From contig JBJLAY010000028.1 of the NCBI GenBank assembly GCA_045568475.1, positions 121-64,120 on the forward strand: 64,000 nt of DNA, read 5' to 3'. The DNA is from Candidatus Poseidoniaceae archaeon (lineage in GTDB: Archaea; Thermoplasmatota; Poseidoniia; Poseidoniales; Poseidoniaceae). Below, one piece after another: positions 49,880 to 61,052 of the stretch. Numbering within the stretch: position 1 is the first letter of the stretch; every line of letters begins with the position of its first letter. The notes under the pieces were generated by a model that saw only the letters and a list, made by a program, of their open reading frames with translations, was not told the DNA's origin and did not search any database. Made by a program: the position numbers and the translations under genes.

Positions 49880-51832
49880 TCAACAATGCGCTACTCGGTT
49901 AAGAAATTCTTCTAAGACTGCCATACCATTTTGCGAGCCAATAGACTCTGGATGGAACTGGACACCGTATGTATTTCCATCCCGGATTTCCATAGGCAGT
50001 GTACCGGTTTCATCTGTTGCGGTAACAGTTAATTCTCCATCTCCACTCAACACCAAGGAGTTGTATCTAGTCATTACATGTTCTCCTTCTTTCAGAAGTC
50101 CAGAACCATCTGCTAATACGGGTGATGGAACCCCATGAACAGGCCCCAACGGGCTTTCAATTAGGTTCATCCCTCTAGTAACTCCAATAGCCTGATGCCC
50201 CAAACATATCCCTAGAACAGGAATAGCCAATTTTGCGGCATGCAGAGACAACGGAGAGATTTCTGGTCGTCCCGGGCCAGGGCCAATAACAACGGCATCG
50301 TGGTTAAAATCAGTGATCTCTCCTCTCCCGTCATATATGTCAACCGTACACCCAAGAGATTGGAAAGCGTGAATTATATTGTGTGAAAAAGAATCTAAAT
50401 TATCGATAAATGCAATATTTAGTTCAAACTTATTCTTTGTGACATATTCCTCTTGTTCAACATATAGTGGGTAAATTCCTAACTCGCCTTTGGGGATTGT
50501 TTTGACCTCAGGGTTTAGCCATCCACATGCACGCCTTAGAGCAGCTGCTTTCCATACTGCTTCCGCGACTTCAGCATCCGGATTACTTTCGATAGTAATT
50601 CCTCCACCGGCAACAACAGTACCGTGCCAGCCATCTGGAGTAAATCGTGCTTCCAAAGTACGTATCATGATGTTCCATGTAGAATCTCCTGTATGGACAT
50701 CAATCCAACCCATAGACCCTGTCCAAAACGATCTTGGTTTCTTCTCTAATTCATCTATTGATGCACATACAACGGTTTTGGGGCAGCCTGTGATACTTCC
50801 TCCTGGGAAAAGAGCCTGCAATGCATCGATCCCATCGTTTTCATCTGCGAGTTTACCTGTTACGTGCGAGACTAGGTGTTGTACATTTGAATAGGCTTCG
50901 ACATTAAATCTAGATTGAAAAACACTACCAGGTTCTGCCACAATTCCCAAGTCATTTCGCTCCAAATCAACTAGCATTCTGTGTTCTGCTCGTTCCTTTC
51001 TGTCATGCACTAAATCTCTTCTAAGCAGCGACTCTTGGTCGGCATCAGAACCTCTAGGCCTAGTGCCTTTTATGGGGGCAGTCATTACTGTTCTACCTTG
51101 CGTTTCTACTAATATTTCAGGCGATGATGATGCTAATGCAAGGCCTAAATCCACTGCTTCGATATATCCACTAAACGGCGCAGGGTTGTTGGTTGCTAAA
51201 CGGTGGAAAATTGCTGCAGGCTCCTCCTCTAGCATTCCCCCCCAGGTTCTTCCAAAATTTAGTTGGTATATCTCACCCGATGTAATTGAATCTTTAATTC
51301 GGTGAACAATTTCTGCGTGTTCCTCATCTGTATGAGATGAAATTTCATTGCCACCCCTTACCGGTTCAGGCAGTTTTGGGAAGTTGACATCGCCTTCTTC
51401 CCATTCATCTACTAGCCAAAGGATTGCAAGTATTTCACCGGGGGATGGAGGGTGTTGCAAACGTAAAGGCTGCGTCCATTGAACCAAGTCATATGCTAGA
51501 GAACCAGCCCAAACCGAACCGACCGGTGTGTGTGGTTTGAGAGATCTTAGCATTGAATCAATAGTCATAGAGTTGAGAATATTTGTAGCCTTCCAACCGG
51601 CAGTTGTTAGTGACTGTAATGTTCCTTCCATGGGAGTATTTTGCATTGAAACAATGGTCTCACCATTTAGTGGGGAATGAGGGACTTGAGGCTCGATTTT
51701 AGGTTGAGTAATTACCAATCTTTTCTTCATGCCCTTTGCGAACATACTTCTCTTTGCTAGGTGTGACTTTGGACCGCCAGATAATAGTAAAATCCTGTCT
51801 TCGCCTTGAGCAGAAAGTAGGCGATCAATCAT
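49880..51832 (-). CDS. pabB: Aminodeoxychorismate synthase, fused PabB-PabA
   Basis: PIKGT (PabB-type), EHRMLVDLERND, FPGGSITG; C-terminal GATase IDNLDSF, GICLGHQ, QFHPES. Confidence 0.85.
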   Translation of the reverse strand: MIDRLLSAQGEDRILLLSGGPKSHLAKRSMFAKGMKKRLVITQPKIEPQVPHSPLNGETIVSMQNTPMEGTLQSLTTAGWKATNILNSMTIDSMLRSLKPHTPVGSVWAGSLAYDLVQWTQPLRLQHPPSPGEILAILWLVDEWEEGDVNFPKLPEPVRGGNEISSHTDEEHAEIVHRIKDSITSGEIYQLNFGRTWGGMLEEEPAAIFHRLATNNPAPFSGYIEAVDLGLALASSSPEILVETQGRTVMTAPIKGTRPRGSDADQESLLRRDLVHDRKERAEHRMLVDLERNDLGIVAEPGSVFQSRFNVEAYSNVQHLVSHVTGKLADENDGIDALQALFPGGSITGCPKTVVCASIDELEKKPRSFWTGSMGWIDVHTGDSTWNIMIRTLEARFTPDGWHGTVVAGGGITIESNPDAEVAEAVWKAAALRRACGWLNPEVKTIPKGELGIYPLYVEQEEYVTKNKFELNIAFIDNLDSFSHNIIHAFQSLGCTVDIYDGRGEITDFNHDAVVIGPGPGRPEISPLSLHAAKLAIPVLGICLGHQAIGVTRGMNLIESPLGPVHGVPSPVLADGSGLLKEGEHVMTRYNSLVLSGDGELTVTATDETGTLPMEIRDGNTYGVQFHPESIGSQNGMAVLEEFLNRVAHC

Positions 51833-52515
51833 CGCCAATCCTCTCCCAGAGCTTCAATACATACCTTCTGTAGATTATCAGTGCCATCCCCGATATCAAC
51901 ATCGTCAAGCACTGTTAATCTAGCCGCACCCATCCCAGTTCCTAGCAATACGACTTCCTTTGCCCTTGCCACAATCCTCTCGTTTAGTCTGCCTTCACTA
52001 ATTATGAAACCAGAATCTTCGATTGCACTTTTGCAGACATCAAAAGTAACCGAGTCTACGCCGCCTAATTTAGCATCACTAATCCATACGACTCCATCAT
52101 CATCTAGTATTAGTGGCATAACTCGATCGCCATCAATTATGCAATAATCATGTACTAAGATTGCAACATCAGCACCTTTGTTCAAGACTTCAGAAGTAAT
52201 TTGGCGATAAGCATCCCAATCTCCGTGCTTAGTACCCATTATTTTGCGACTCCACCTAGGGGCAGGGACAGTAATTCCTTCAGCATCCATGTGAATCTCT
52301 TGATAGAAATTTTTAGAATTGAAGGTAACTCCTTCACTATCAACTTGAATTCGTATCAATCCTTCAAGCCCATCTGGAATTTTGATATCAGGTACTTCAA
52401 TTCCTAAAACAGCAGCATGCCTTACAAGACGCTGTAAGTGTAAATCGAGATGGAATAACTTTCCATTTCTCGCTCTTACCGTAGTAAATACAGCGCTTTT
52501 GGGTCCGATTACCAT
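51829..52515 (-). CDS. pabC: Class IV aminotransferase / ADC lyase-like
   Basis: FTT, LHLQRL, GTKH (PLP lysine); ATGA-coupled to pabBA. Confidence 0.65.
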   Translation of the reverse strand: MVIGPKSAVFTTVRARNGKLFHLDLHLQRLVRHAAVLGIEVPDIKIPDGLEGLIRIQVDSEGVTFNSKNFYQEIHMDAEGITVPAPRWSRKIMGTKHGDWDAYRQITSEVLNKGADVAILVHDYCIIDGDRVMPLILDDDGVVWISDAKLGGVDSVTFDVCKSAIEDSGFIISEGRLNERIVARAKEVVLLGTGMGAARLTVLDDVDIGDGTDNLQKVCIEALGEDWR

Positions 52516-52519
52516 ACAA

Positions 52520-55500
52520 TCACAACAGGTCATCCAAGAATGAGGTGTCTATTCCTCCTTGAGCAGGCTGCTGTGGAGCAGGCTGATTCCAGCGTTGTGG
52601 TTGAACTTGGCTTTGAGGTTGAACAGGTTGACTCGGCTGCTGAATCCTTTGTGCAGCAGCATAAATATCACTCTGTTGTGAAGGTTGAATTGCTGGAGGT
52701 TGAGCTACTGGAGGCGCTACTTGTCCTCCAAAGGAACCCACATCGTCCCATCCATCTCTTGCTTGAATGCCCCATGTTGCTTCTTGTAATTCCCAGTCCT
52801 TACTACGGGCCGATTTACTGCCTTTGCCTCGTAGAACCAATACAAGCAATAGCATTGTAATGAGAGCCATTCCTGCTAAAATCATGTTTCCAGTAGACAG
52901 TAACTCTCCTAAGTCGGTAGAAGAATCATCTCCCTCCGACTCATCTCCTTCTCCACCGCCACCACTAGCGCCGATAGAGTCGATCTGTTGCGATTGAATT
53001 ATCTGGCGACTGTTGATATTGTCTTTAGCAGCAACTCCAATCCACCATGCAGATTCATTCGTTAAGTCAGGGTAATTAGCAGTAGTAATTATGAATGATG
53101 ATGCTACACTAGACATTCCTACTTCAGTTGCATCTGATACTGCACTAAACTCTTCATCTGAAATATACACAAGGTAAGACCGTACGCTAGGGTCGTTTGT
53201 ATGTTCCCAAGTAACCAATATCGAATCATCTACCCACTCTAATTCAATACCGTCAATATCTGGCAAGTATGCTCCAACGTCATCTACTCCATCGTCAATA
53301 GCGATTGCAGTCGACGTGATTAAATTGTCACGATATGCATTTCCAGACCAATCTACCGGCACTACTGCAACTGTAACGGGTGTGTTTGGAACCACTAGAA
53401 CATCAAACACTAGAATATCGATAGTTAGTGGAATTTCAGGGTCTCTATCCAATGTTGCGATTGGCGTCTTGACAGTTCCACTCGAACCTACAGAAGTAAA
53501 AGTGAATGCAGCCGCATACACTTCGTAGTAAGCAATATCACTCTCTTCAGATAGAGCAAATTCAAGTTGTACGGCGGTACCATCATCGCCCGCTCTGTCG
53601 TATAGGTTCAGATCTACCAACCTATCTGGTGCTGTTGTGTCCGCTTGATTATCAATAGGGGTGACCATCGCGATATTCAAATTATCAAGGTGAACATTGC
53701 CTTTGATGTCATGAACTGTTACAGCGACATATAATTCTACATCAGGCACAATTTGACTTGGAAGAGACGAGGAGATGCCACTTCCTCCGTACAGGGCCGT
53801 ATTCAATGTCAATTCAATTGGACTCTTTGCTGTATCAATCCACTGCTTATCCAATACAATGCAGCCACACTTGCCAGGTTCAGTTCCGGCTTCAGCCCAG
53901 AAATCTGTCAAATCATCTAATGGATATTCTGCAGCCCAAATCACATAGTAATCAAAGTCGTCAACTTGAGAAGGAACCCATGAAACATCAATCGCAGTAC
54001 CGTCGTCATCTGGATGGTCCCATGCATTTAATTCATCGATTCTATCTGGTTCTGATGCTCCATCGATATTGTTTACGTACGGTGTAACTTCAAGAATTGT
54101 AACATCTCCTGTGTCACCATTTAGCCATTTGTCAAACGCTACAGCACCAATCCAATATGGCTGACCATCAATAAGGAGGTCTTCCCCAATTGAATCTATG
54201 ATAGTCATGTTTGTTTCACAATCTGGAACGATTGTAGCGACCTCCATGTCATCTACATTAGAAGGTAAGATAGTATCTCCCCCTGTGGTTACTGGTGCCA
54301 TGTAAACAGTGACATATGCGCAGTCCGATGCAACAGATTCGTCCCACCCCATCTGGACTCTACCGCCGTCATCTGCAGGTACATCTTCAGCCCAAACTCC
54401 AGTGAGTTTCGGTGGAGGGACGCCATCATTGATTCCACCAGTTGGAACTATCGGGCCAATAACTGTAGCATTTACCAGATCCTCTTGTCCGGATTCATCG
54501 ACACAAGTGAAAGCTAGCCAGTGAGGTTTACCCGCTTCAAGTGTTAGAGTGCTAACATTGCCGACTTGAGGCATTATCTCTGTGTGCACGCCCAATCCAA
54601 GAGCATCAGTTATTGCAGTAGTTGAAGCATAAACACGAGTACTTGCTAGATCAAGTGCGCCACAACGAGCCCATTCAGCAAATACTTCACCATCGACTGC
54701 TACAAACTGATCTCCTGAAACGGCAGTAGCCCAAATCGGAGGAGTTGGGACTTCATCCGTAGGAGTTGCTGGTCCGAATGGGGTAGAAACAACTCCGAAC
54801 CTGCCGTCATTATATTCGACAACAACAACTGCCGAGTATTCGACTCCGTCCTGTAATGGCTGTCCTCCAATTGTAGAAACCTCGGTTTGCAGTCTAGAAT
54901 GTAGGCTGACAGATGCATCAGGCGTTCTGGATTGTAAGTCTGGTACTGTTGGCTGTGTTGCCCAAGGCCCTTCATTTAGATAAACCAAATATCTCGAGAA
55001 ATCTTCGTCATGAACTAGAGTCCAATTAGCCATCAAAGTAGAGCCCCCATCATCTGGTCTGTCCCACAGAGATAACCCCTGAATCGGAGTTTCAGTTCTA
55101 TACCAGTCATAGGTCACTTTGACCCACATACTTCCGTTGGTAGGCGAGGTAACTTGGAAATTTACAAATCTAGTTCCATTGAGTAATACGCCGTTATCTA
55201 CAGCGTATTGCATACTAGGAAGGAAAGTAGGATCGTTTGAGAGATTGACAGTTGCATTCCACTTTAGATCAACTAGTTTTGCCCAAGTTGCAGCACCTCC
55301 TACCGGTGAAGAGAATGTTAGCGGTACTGTTTGCATAGGTATTCCATGCGCTCCCGATACACCATTTTCGTCCAAGGTTACTGTGCTACTAGAGTTTACC
55401 AAAACAACTTGCATTCCCGGATGCGTATAATCTGTCACATCTTGGAATTGCAATTCAAATCCAAGTGATAATGGATCGGCTCTGCGCAGTGTAGTAGAAT

Positions 55501-58500
55501 CAAGTTCTTCGCCAGAGTTGAGAGTCCATATTTTCAATCCCGATTCGGTAGTTACAGCAACATAAGAATTCGAAACAACACTGCCACCAGTAGAGTCTGC
55601 TGCATAGAACCTGTCAACAATGGAGTTCCCATTTAGTCCGGCTTGTACAACAGTAGCGCCATTTTCTCCAACCGCTATTAGGTATGAGCCATCAGAGCGC
55701 ATACTGTATACTGGCCAATCTTCCATTGAGAATATGTTCACTCCGGTATTGAAATCTCCAGTGCTCCTTACCCAATGTACTAGAGGGCCCGTTGTTGTTG
55801 CAACATGCACTCCCCAAGTATCAGCGGTTACCGCTGTAACAGAATTAGATGGCAATTGGTCGAATTGATGCAATGCTGAAATCGAATTATCCGCAGTATT
55901 CATTTGAGTTATTCCTGGCCTGTCTGTGCCTTTTCCATCATGGGAAATGAACAAACTCTGCTGAGTCTGAGTAATTCCTCCGGCAGAAGTTGTAGTTGTA
56001 GTGGTTCCAGTCAATCCCCAAGTCGATGTCCCCATCAGACCATCCGCTGGAGTAAATGTTGTGAAGTTGCCCGTAGATTCATTGTACATCGCCAAACCAC
56101 TAGGGGTGGCCATCCAAACATTCCCATCAAATTCAACCAAGTCTTCAACGTAAGAAATTGGCAGCCCATCTACGGCAGTCAAGGCAGTTTCCCAGTTGTC
56201 ACCAGTTGCGTTCCATCTTGCAACACCATTATTTGTAGCAACATAAACAGTCTCAGAAAGAATTTGACCAAAGTTCCCAGTGGTAGTAACTGTTTCTATT
56301 GCATTGATATTGTTTGAAGGAAGACCAGCGATTAATCGCCCGGCAGTGTAGGCCATAGTAGTTGTATTGAATACCTGTATTCCTGGAGACGAAGATCCAG
56401 ATCCTTGAAGGCCAATATACAATTCATCGCCAACTAATTTTATTTCATCTTGGAAGTTGTGAATTCCAGTTGGCAGTGTTACCAATGTTCCAGTAAGAGT
56501 GTCAAGCATTCTTAGTCCGCGATTGTTACTTGCTAAGTACAAATCAGTACCAACCAATTCGATATCAGTTACTGCAGCATTAGCAGGTATTGTCCATCCC
56601 CTTTGCCATTCTACTGAACCATTTGCCAATTTGACTCCTTGTAGAACTCCAGAGCCTGTGTTTTGCCAGGATGAAGATGCCACCCATAAGTGGGTAGAGT
56701 TTCCAGCCATCGAAGTTACTTGTCCACTGACTAGGTTAGGCAGTGCATGTATCGTGTTCTGCCCGCCTTGGCCTAAGGTGTCAACATGGGAATAACCAGA
56801 CGTCCCTCCTGCTTGACCAATCAACCATTGTGTTCCCAACCAATCGATTGATGAAACAGCCGAGCCTGTAGAGAGTATACTTGCAGTACCTACGGTGGCT
56901 CCGCTTGCAGATAGTAGTGCATAACCTCCTCCGATTACATTGTCTCCTTGATCTCCAATATCATATCCGATGGCTAGTCTGCCGCCAGCGAATTCCATAG
57001 CTCCCCACCAAACAGGGTCACTTGGTATGTTATGCGTAGAAGAAGTAAGGTCGGACAACCATTGGTCGTTGATGTAATCATATCTTGAAATTGGTTCTGA
57101 ATCATCATTGTATCCAATGTATAGGATATCGCTTGATTCGTCACATGCAACTGCAGCGGCATCGCCATCAGCTAATCTAGTGGATGTAGTCCAGGATGAC
57201 AGAGCAGTTCCATTTGCTAAATCTAATCTTGCAACACCGCCATTATTTGCAGTTATTGAAACGTGGAAAATCCCTGCACACATAGCCATGCCAATCGGGT
57301 ACCCGTTAGGAATTCCATTGGAGCCAGTGTCCCATGTGGTCCATGTTCCACTATTGTCTAGATGTAGAATTTCGCCGTCGAAACCACCAAATCCGCCGTT
57401 CCTTGCAGTACCTGCTACTAGGTCTGTGCCATTTGTCCACAACTCATACACAGTATCGTCTGCAGAAGAAGGTAGACCGTTTCCGGGAGTCCAAGTTGAC
57501 AGCCATTGATTTGTAGATTCATCATAGCGTGTTATTCCGTCTTCTGTTGCGAATAGTATCTCTCCATCGAACTCAACAATTTCTCTAATCGGGAATTCTA
57601 GGTCGTCCCATTCGCCAACCTTGCTGCCATTAGCAGCAAATGCTTCGAGCTTCGACTCTCCCCAAGAAATCCAGTTTGTTCCAGTCGATGAGATAAAGGA
57701 AGTTACACGATCAACAGAACCTTCTGGCATTAATTCAGCCTGCCAAGAATCAGTTGTCAAGTTGTAAAGGGCGACACCTCCACTACCTTCAGTATTCCAC
57801 CATTGTCCACTGGCTACAGAGACATGTAGCACGTCTCCAATAATTTTCATACCGTAAACATCGCCACCATTTTCATCGACTTGTGCTCCTGCATCAAGTG
57901 TAGATTTTGATGTAAAGTTTGCAATATCAATTCGAAAGACGCTATCTGAAGAGTACTGCTGGTGAAAGTATAGGGTGTCGCCGTAGATCGCTAAATCGTA
58001 AGGGTCACCATTTCCGAAATCCCAGAGGCTACTAGTTTTCTCAATATCATAAACTTCTGAACCAGTTGTAACATTGAGTAGCTGGAAACCATCACTTCCT
58101 CCAACCCAGATGTGTCCTGGTCTGAAATCTGCAACCAACCCTGTAACTTCTTCATTTCCTTGGTCGAGGTAATTGTCTTCGGTCCAAGTGGTTAACCAAA
58201 TATTGTTTGGAATATCATATCTTGCAACTCCAATTCCGAAAAGACCAACATAAGCCACATCTCCAATGACTTCGATTAAAGCGTTGGATGGCGAAGTATC
58301 GGCCTGCCAGTTTTCAGTCCAAGAGAAAGATGACTTGTCAATTAGACCAACTCCGTTAGTAGTTCCTCCAAAAACAGTGGTACTGTTGAATCCTACAGCA
58401 TTTACTCCCCAGTTTGGCATCCCGTCTTGTGCGTTAACACAGTCATTGAGGCCAAGGGTTGCAACATTATATTTGCAAACGCCTATGTTTGTTCCAGCGT

Positions 58501-60874
58501 AAATGTAGCCCCCGGAAATTCCAGATTCTATTGCAAAATCAAAGAATTGGGATGGCTGTAGATTCCAACTGCTACCCTTTGGAAGATCAGTTGCAGTATT
58601 TCCGTTCCATCTGATCGCTCCGTTTGAAGTTCCGATGAGCATTATTGAATTGCCAGAATCGGATTCTAAGGCATATACTTGGTTGGAAGGAAGTACTTCG
58701 GTTGGGCCTGCATTACCTCTGTTTGGTATAACTGTAAGAGGGGCTAAAATTTCGCCAGTTGATAGGTCCTTTCGTGCAACTCCGTAACCCGGTAGTCCCA
58801 TGTGAAGAACTTGAGGATTGGTTCCAAGAATTGCCACAGGTGCGAAATCAACATCGTTGATTCCAGTTGATACCCATGAGCCTAGGAATGTGTTGTTTGC
58901 GATAATATATCGATTCAATCCGTCTTCTGCAGTGCCAATGTATGCTACTCCATTATGTATTGCAACTCCGGTAGGAGAGTCACTATCTAGGTCACTATTT
59001 CCTTCATTTAGGGCAATTGCTGAACCAGATGAAGATTGATTGAATATCGATGCGCCGTTTTGTGGATGAATGGCGACTATCCAATCTCCCTCAGCATCTA
59101 CGCCGCTTATATCGTCTGATTGTAGGCCAGATACTGCATTCCATGTATCTAGGACATTACCTTGAGTGTCAATAATATGTATGCCACTACCCATTGTTCC
59201 AACAATGACATTGACTCCATCATTTACAATTTGAGTAACAGTACTTCCAGTATTGATAGGAGAAAGCCATCTTGCCTGACTAATCGAATACCTGTCAAGA
59301 TAATCTTCACTACCTACGTAGATTACTCCGTCAAATTGCATAGCATCGCTCAAGTCACCAGAATATGGGCCGCTTCCAATCGACAAGTCACCGGTGTAAA
59401 CAGGCGTACTTCCCGGTTCGAGCATAGCAAGAACTGCACTACCATCTGTAACAAGAACGGTGTCATTTACGGGGCTCCTAGAGCCCGAAGAGGGCCAGTA
59501 AAGTATGTTCTTTCCATCATTTGCTTGGCCTAATGATGCAAGGGATGTGGTGGCTGAGAATGTGCCTGAGGCAGTGTTGTACATATGTACTGAATCAGTG
59601 GTCAGAATCTGAATTTGGTTATTGACAAATGTCATGCCCATTACTTCATCAGACGACAACCAGTTCCCGCTATTCCAAGTTGCTAACCAGAAATTGCTTG
59701 AAAGATCCCAGCGCGCTATTCCAGCGTCATATGATGCAACCAACAATTGATTTCCAGCTACAATGAAATCGCTGATGTAATCTGAGTGAAGGTTGTTTGC
59801 AGTATTCCACGGTGACAGTGGAGACATTGAATTTACATCCCACCTTCCTACGCCTCCGCCAAGTAGAGATGAATAGATTACTCCGTTATATTCTAAGTTC
59901 GTTTCAGGAACACCTGTTGGCCAGTTAGTAGTGCCACTCGCCTGTTCCAAAGTCCAACCAGTTCCAGCCGAATTCAGAGTAAATATTCCGGATTCGCTGA
60001 ATGCAAAAAGATCGCCGTTACTACCAACGAGTACTTGCGCCCATGAGCCGCCAGATGGTTCAGCCGGTAAGTCTGCATTCCAACTTGTGTCGGATAGATT
60101 AACAGAACGAACTTCACCGCCAGAAGTAGCAATTAGCATTCGATTATTGGCTATATCAATTTCAAGGTCCCACACATCTTCACTTTCGCCATTCGAATTC
60201 ATGATTTCAAATAAATCAATTATATTCGGTGTTGACATTGCATCGAGAATAACGATGTATGATCCAATAGCGAGATACATTCGCCCATCAACAGGGTGGA
60301 TTTGATAATCCTCGATATACAATTCAACCGGTTCTAGAGAAGTGAATGGATCTGCGGGAGCGAGAACTTCGAGAATGAAATCAGTGATTTCAGAACCAGA
60401 TGGGACGGTTACAGTCGCACCAACATCTGCGTTTGTTGAAAGTCTACCCTGGTGCGGGTTAGAGCCATCGAATCCGTATGTTTGACCTAGCCAGCCATTG
60501 CCTCTCCAATCAAACAAAACTTGTCCAGTATCGGGAGAAAGTAGGAGTGGCTGCTGTACCGAAACACCTTCAGTTCCGTCGACCATTATTTCCATTGTTG
60601 CGTTTCCAAGAATCGCCCCTGGGGCGAATTCCATTGTCCAGCCAGCGGTAGCCTGCGAGCCATTAATTGGATTAGCACCGGTGGCATTTAGCAACATCCA
60701 ACCGGTGTCTTCGGACCCTTCTTTAGGCCATATTGTACTGCTGCCGCCTTCATGTGCACTGGCCAGTGGTGCGGATAGGATTGGGCCTAAAGAAGACAAC
60801 AACATCACGGTCACGAGTAGTACGGCTCGAGCGCCAGTATTCGCAGGGCCTACGGCCCTGTTGAGTTTGTTCAT
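52520..60874 (-). CDS. Giant (2784 aa) surface protein: multiple beta-propellers, FN3-like domains, TM anchor, Q/P-rich tail
   Basis: Signal peptide; many GV(A/G)R(W/Y)D...W...GLPS blades; FN3-like D.P.DDG...W repeats; C-terminal TM followed by RGKGSK. Confidence 0.85.
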   Translation of the reverse strand: MNKLNRAVGPANTGARAVLLVTVMLLSSLGPILSAPLASAHEGGSSTIWPKEGSEDTGWMLLNATGANPINGSQATAGWTMEFAPGAILGNATMEIMVDGTEGVSVQQPLLLSPDTGQVLFDWRGNGWLGQTYGFDGSNPHQGRLSTNADVGATVTVPSGSEITDFILEVLAPADPFTSLEPVELYIEDYQIHPVDGRMYLAIGSYIVILDAMSTPNIIDLFEIMNSNGESEDVWDLEIDIANNRMLIATSGGEVRSVNLSDTSWNADLPAEPSGGSWAQVLVGSNGDLFAFSESGIFTLNSAGTGWTLEQASGTTNWPTGVPETNLEYNGVIYSSLLGGGVGRWDVNSMSPLSPWNTANNLHSDYISDFIVAGNQLLVASYDAGIARWDLSSNFWLATWNSGNWLSSDEVMGMTFVNNQIQILTTDSVHMYNTASGTFSATTSLASLGQANDGKNILYWPSSGSRSPVNDTVLVTDGSAVLAMLEPGSTPVYTGDLSIGSGPYSGDLSDAMQFDGVIYVGSEDYLDRYSISQARWLSPINTGSTVTQIVNDGVNVIVGTMGSGIHIIDTQGNVLDTWNAVSGLQSDDISGVDAEGDWIVAIHPQNGASIFNQSSSGSAIALNEGNSDLDSDSPTGVAIHNGVAYIGTAEDGLNRYIIANNTFLGSWVSTGINDVDFAPVAILGTNPQVLHMGLPGYGVARKDLSTGEILAPLTVIPNRGNAGPTEVLPSNQVYALESDSGNSIMLIGTSNGAIRWNGNTATDLPKGSSWNLQPSQFFDFAIESGISGGYIYAGTNIGVCKYNVATLGLNDCVNAQDGMPNWGVNAVGFNSTTVFGGTTNGVGLIDKSSFSWTENWQADTSPSNALIEVIGDVAYVGLFGIGVARYDIPNNIWLTTWTEDNYLDQGNEEVTGLVADFRPGHIWVGGSDGFQLLNVTTGSEVYDIEKTSSLWDFGNGDPYDLAIYGDTLYFHQQYSSDSVFRIDIANFTSKSTLDAGAQVDENGGDVYGMKIIGDVLHVSVASGQWWNTEGSGGVALYNLTTDSWQAELMPEGSVDRVTSFISSTGTNWISWGESKLEAFAANGSKVGEWDDLEFPIREIVEFDGEILFATEDGITRYDESTNQWLSTWTPGNGLPSSADDTVYELWTNGTDLVAGTARNGGFGGFDGEILHLDNSGTWTTWDTGSNGIPNGYPIGMAMCAGIFHVSITANNGGVARLDLANGTALSSWTTSTRLADGDAAAVACDESSDILYIGYNDDSEPISRYDYINDQWLSDLTSSTHNIPSDPVWWGAMEFAGGRLAIGYDIGDQGDNVIGGGYALLSASGATVGTASILSTGSAVSSIDWLGTQWLIGQAGGTSGYSHVDTLGQGGQNTIHALPNLVSGQVTSMAGNSTHLWVASSSWQNTGSGVLQGVKLANGSVEWQRGWTIPANAAVTDIELVGTDLYLASNNRGLRMLDTLTGTLVTLPTGIHNFQDEIKLVGDELYIGLQGSGSSSPGIQVFNTTTMAYTAGRLIAGLPSNNINAIETVTTTGNFGQILSETVYVATNNGVARWNATGDNWETALTAVDGLPISYVEDLVEFDGNVWMATPSGLAMYNESTGNFTTFTPADGLMGTSTWGLTGTTTTTTSAGGITQTQQSLFISHDGKGTDRPGITQMNTADNSISALHQFDQLPSNSVTAVTADTWGVHVATTTGPLVHWVRSTGDFNTGVNIFSMEDWPVYSMRSDGSYLIAVGENGATVVQAGLNGNSIVDRFYAADSTGGSVVSNSYVAVTTESGLKIWTLNSGEELDSTTLRRADPLSLGFELQFQDVTDYTHPGMQVVLVNSSSTVTLDENGVSGAHGIPMQTVPLTFSSPVGGAATWAKLVDLKWNATVNLSNDPTFLPSMQYAVDNGVLLNGTRFVNFQVTSPTNGSMWVKVTYDWYRTETPIQGLSLWDRPDDGGSTLMANWTLVHDEDFSRYLVYLNEGPWATQPTVPDLQSRTPDASVSLHSRLQTEVSTIGGQPLQDGVEYSAVVVVEYNDGRFGVVSTPFGPATPTDEVPTPPIWATAVSGDQFVAVDGEVFAEWARCGALDLASTRVYASTTAITDALGLGVHTEIMPQVGNVSTLTLEAGKPHWLAFTCVDESGQEDLVNATVIGPIVPTGGINDGVPPPKLTGVWAEDVPADDGGRVQMGWDESVASDCAYVTVYMAPVTTGGDTILPSNVDDMEVATIVPDCETNMTIIDSIGEDLLIDGQPYWIGAVAFDKWLNGDTGDVTILEVTPYVNNIDGASEPDRIDELNAWDHPDDDGTAIDVSWVPSQVDDFDYYVIWAAEYPLDDLTDFWAEAGTEPGKCGCIVLDKQWIDTAKSPIELTLNTALYGGSGISSSLPSQIVPDVELYVAVTVHDIKGNVHLDNLNIAMVTPIDNQADTTAPDRLVDLNLYDRAGDDGTAVQLEFALSEESDIAYYEVYAAAFTFTSVGSSGTVKTPIATLDRDPEIPLTIDILVFDVLVVPNTPVTVAVVPVDWSGNAYRDNLITSTAIAIDDGVDDVGAYLPDIDGIELEWVDDSILVTWEHTNDPSVRSYLVYISDEEFSAVSDATEVGMSSVASSFIITTANYPDLTNESAWWIGVAAKDNINSRQIIQSQQIDSIGASGGGGEGDESEGDDSSTDLGELLSTGNMILAGMALITMLLLVLVLRGKGSKSARSKDWELQEATWGIQARDGWDDVGSFGGQVAPPVAQPPAIQPSQQSDIYAAAQRIQQPSQPVQPQSQVQPQRWNQPAPQQPAQGGIDTSFLDDLL

Positions 60875-61052
60875 GGAACCTATCGGACTTCAATGGTATA
60901 TCAAGCGAATGCACTCTTGTTAATCGCCTGAATCACCGATTTTGAGTATATTTTCGTGATTTTGAAACTATTCAACTTTCGCTGTTAAGTTGAATTTATT
61001 CACAAAAAGGTCAAACACGGTACAGTATGAGAAGCATCTCGGAGAGATTGAA

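Noticed and set aside
49880..51832. Anthranilate synthase TrpEG
   Set aside because: PIKGT rather than PIAGT, an adjacent PabC-like gene and no other trp genes
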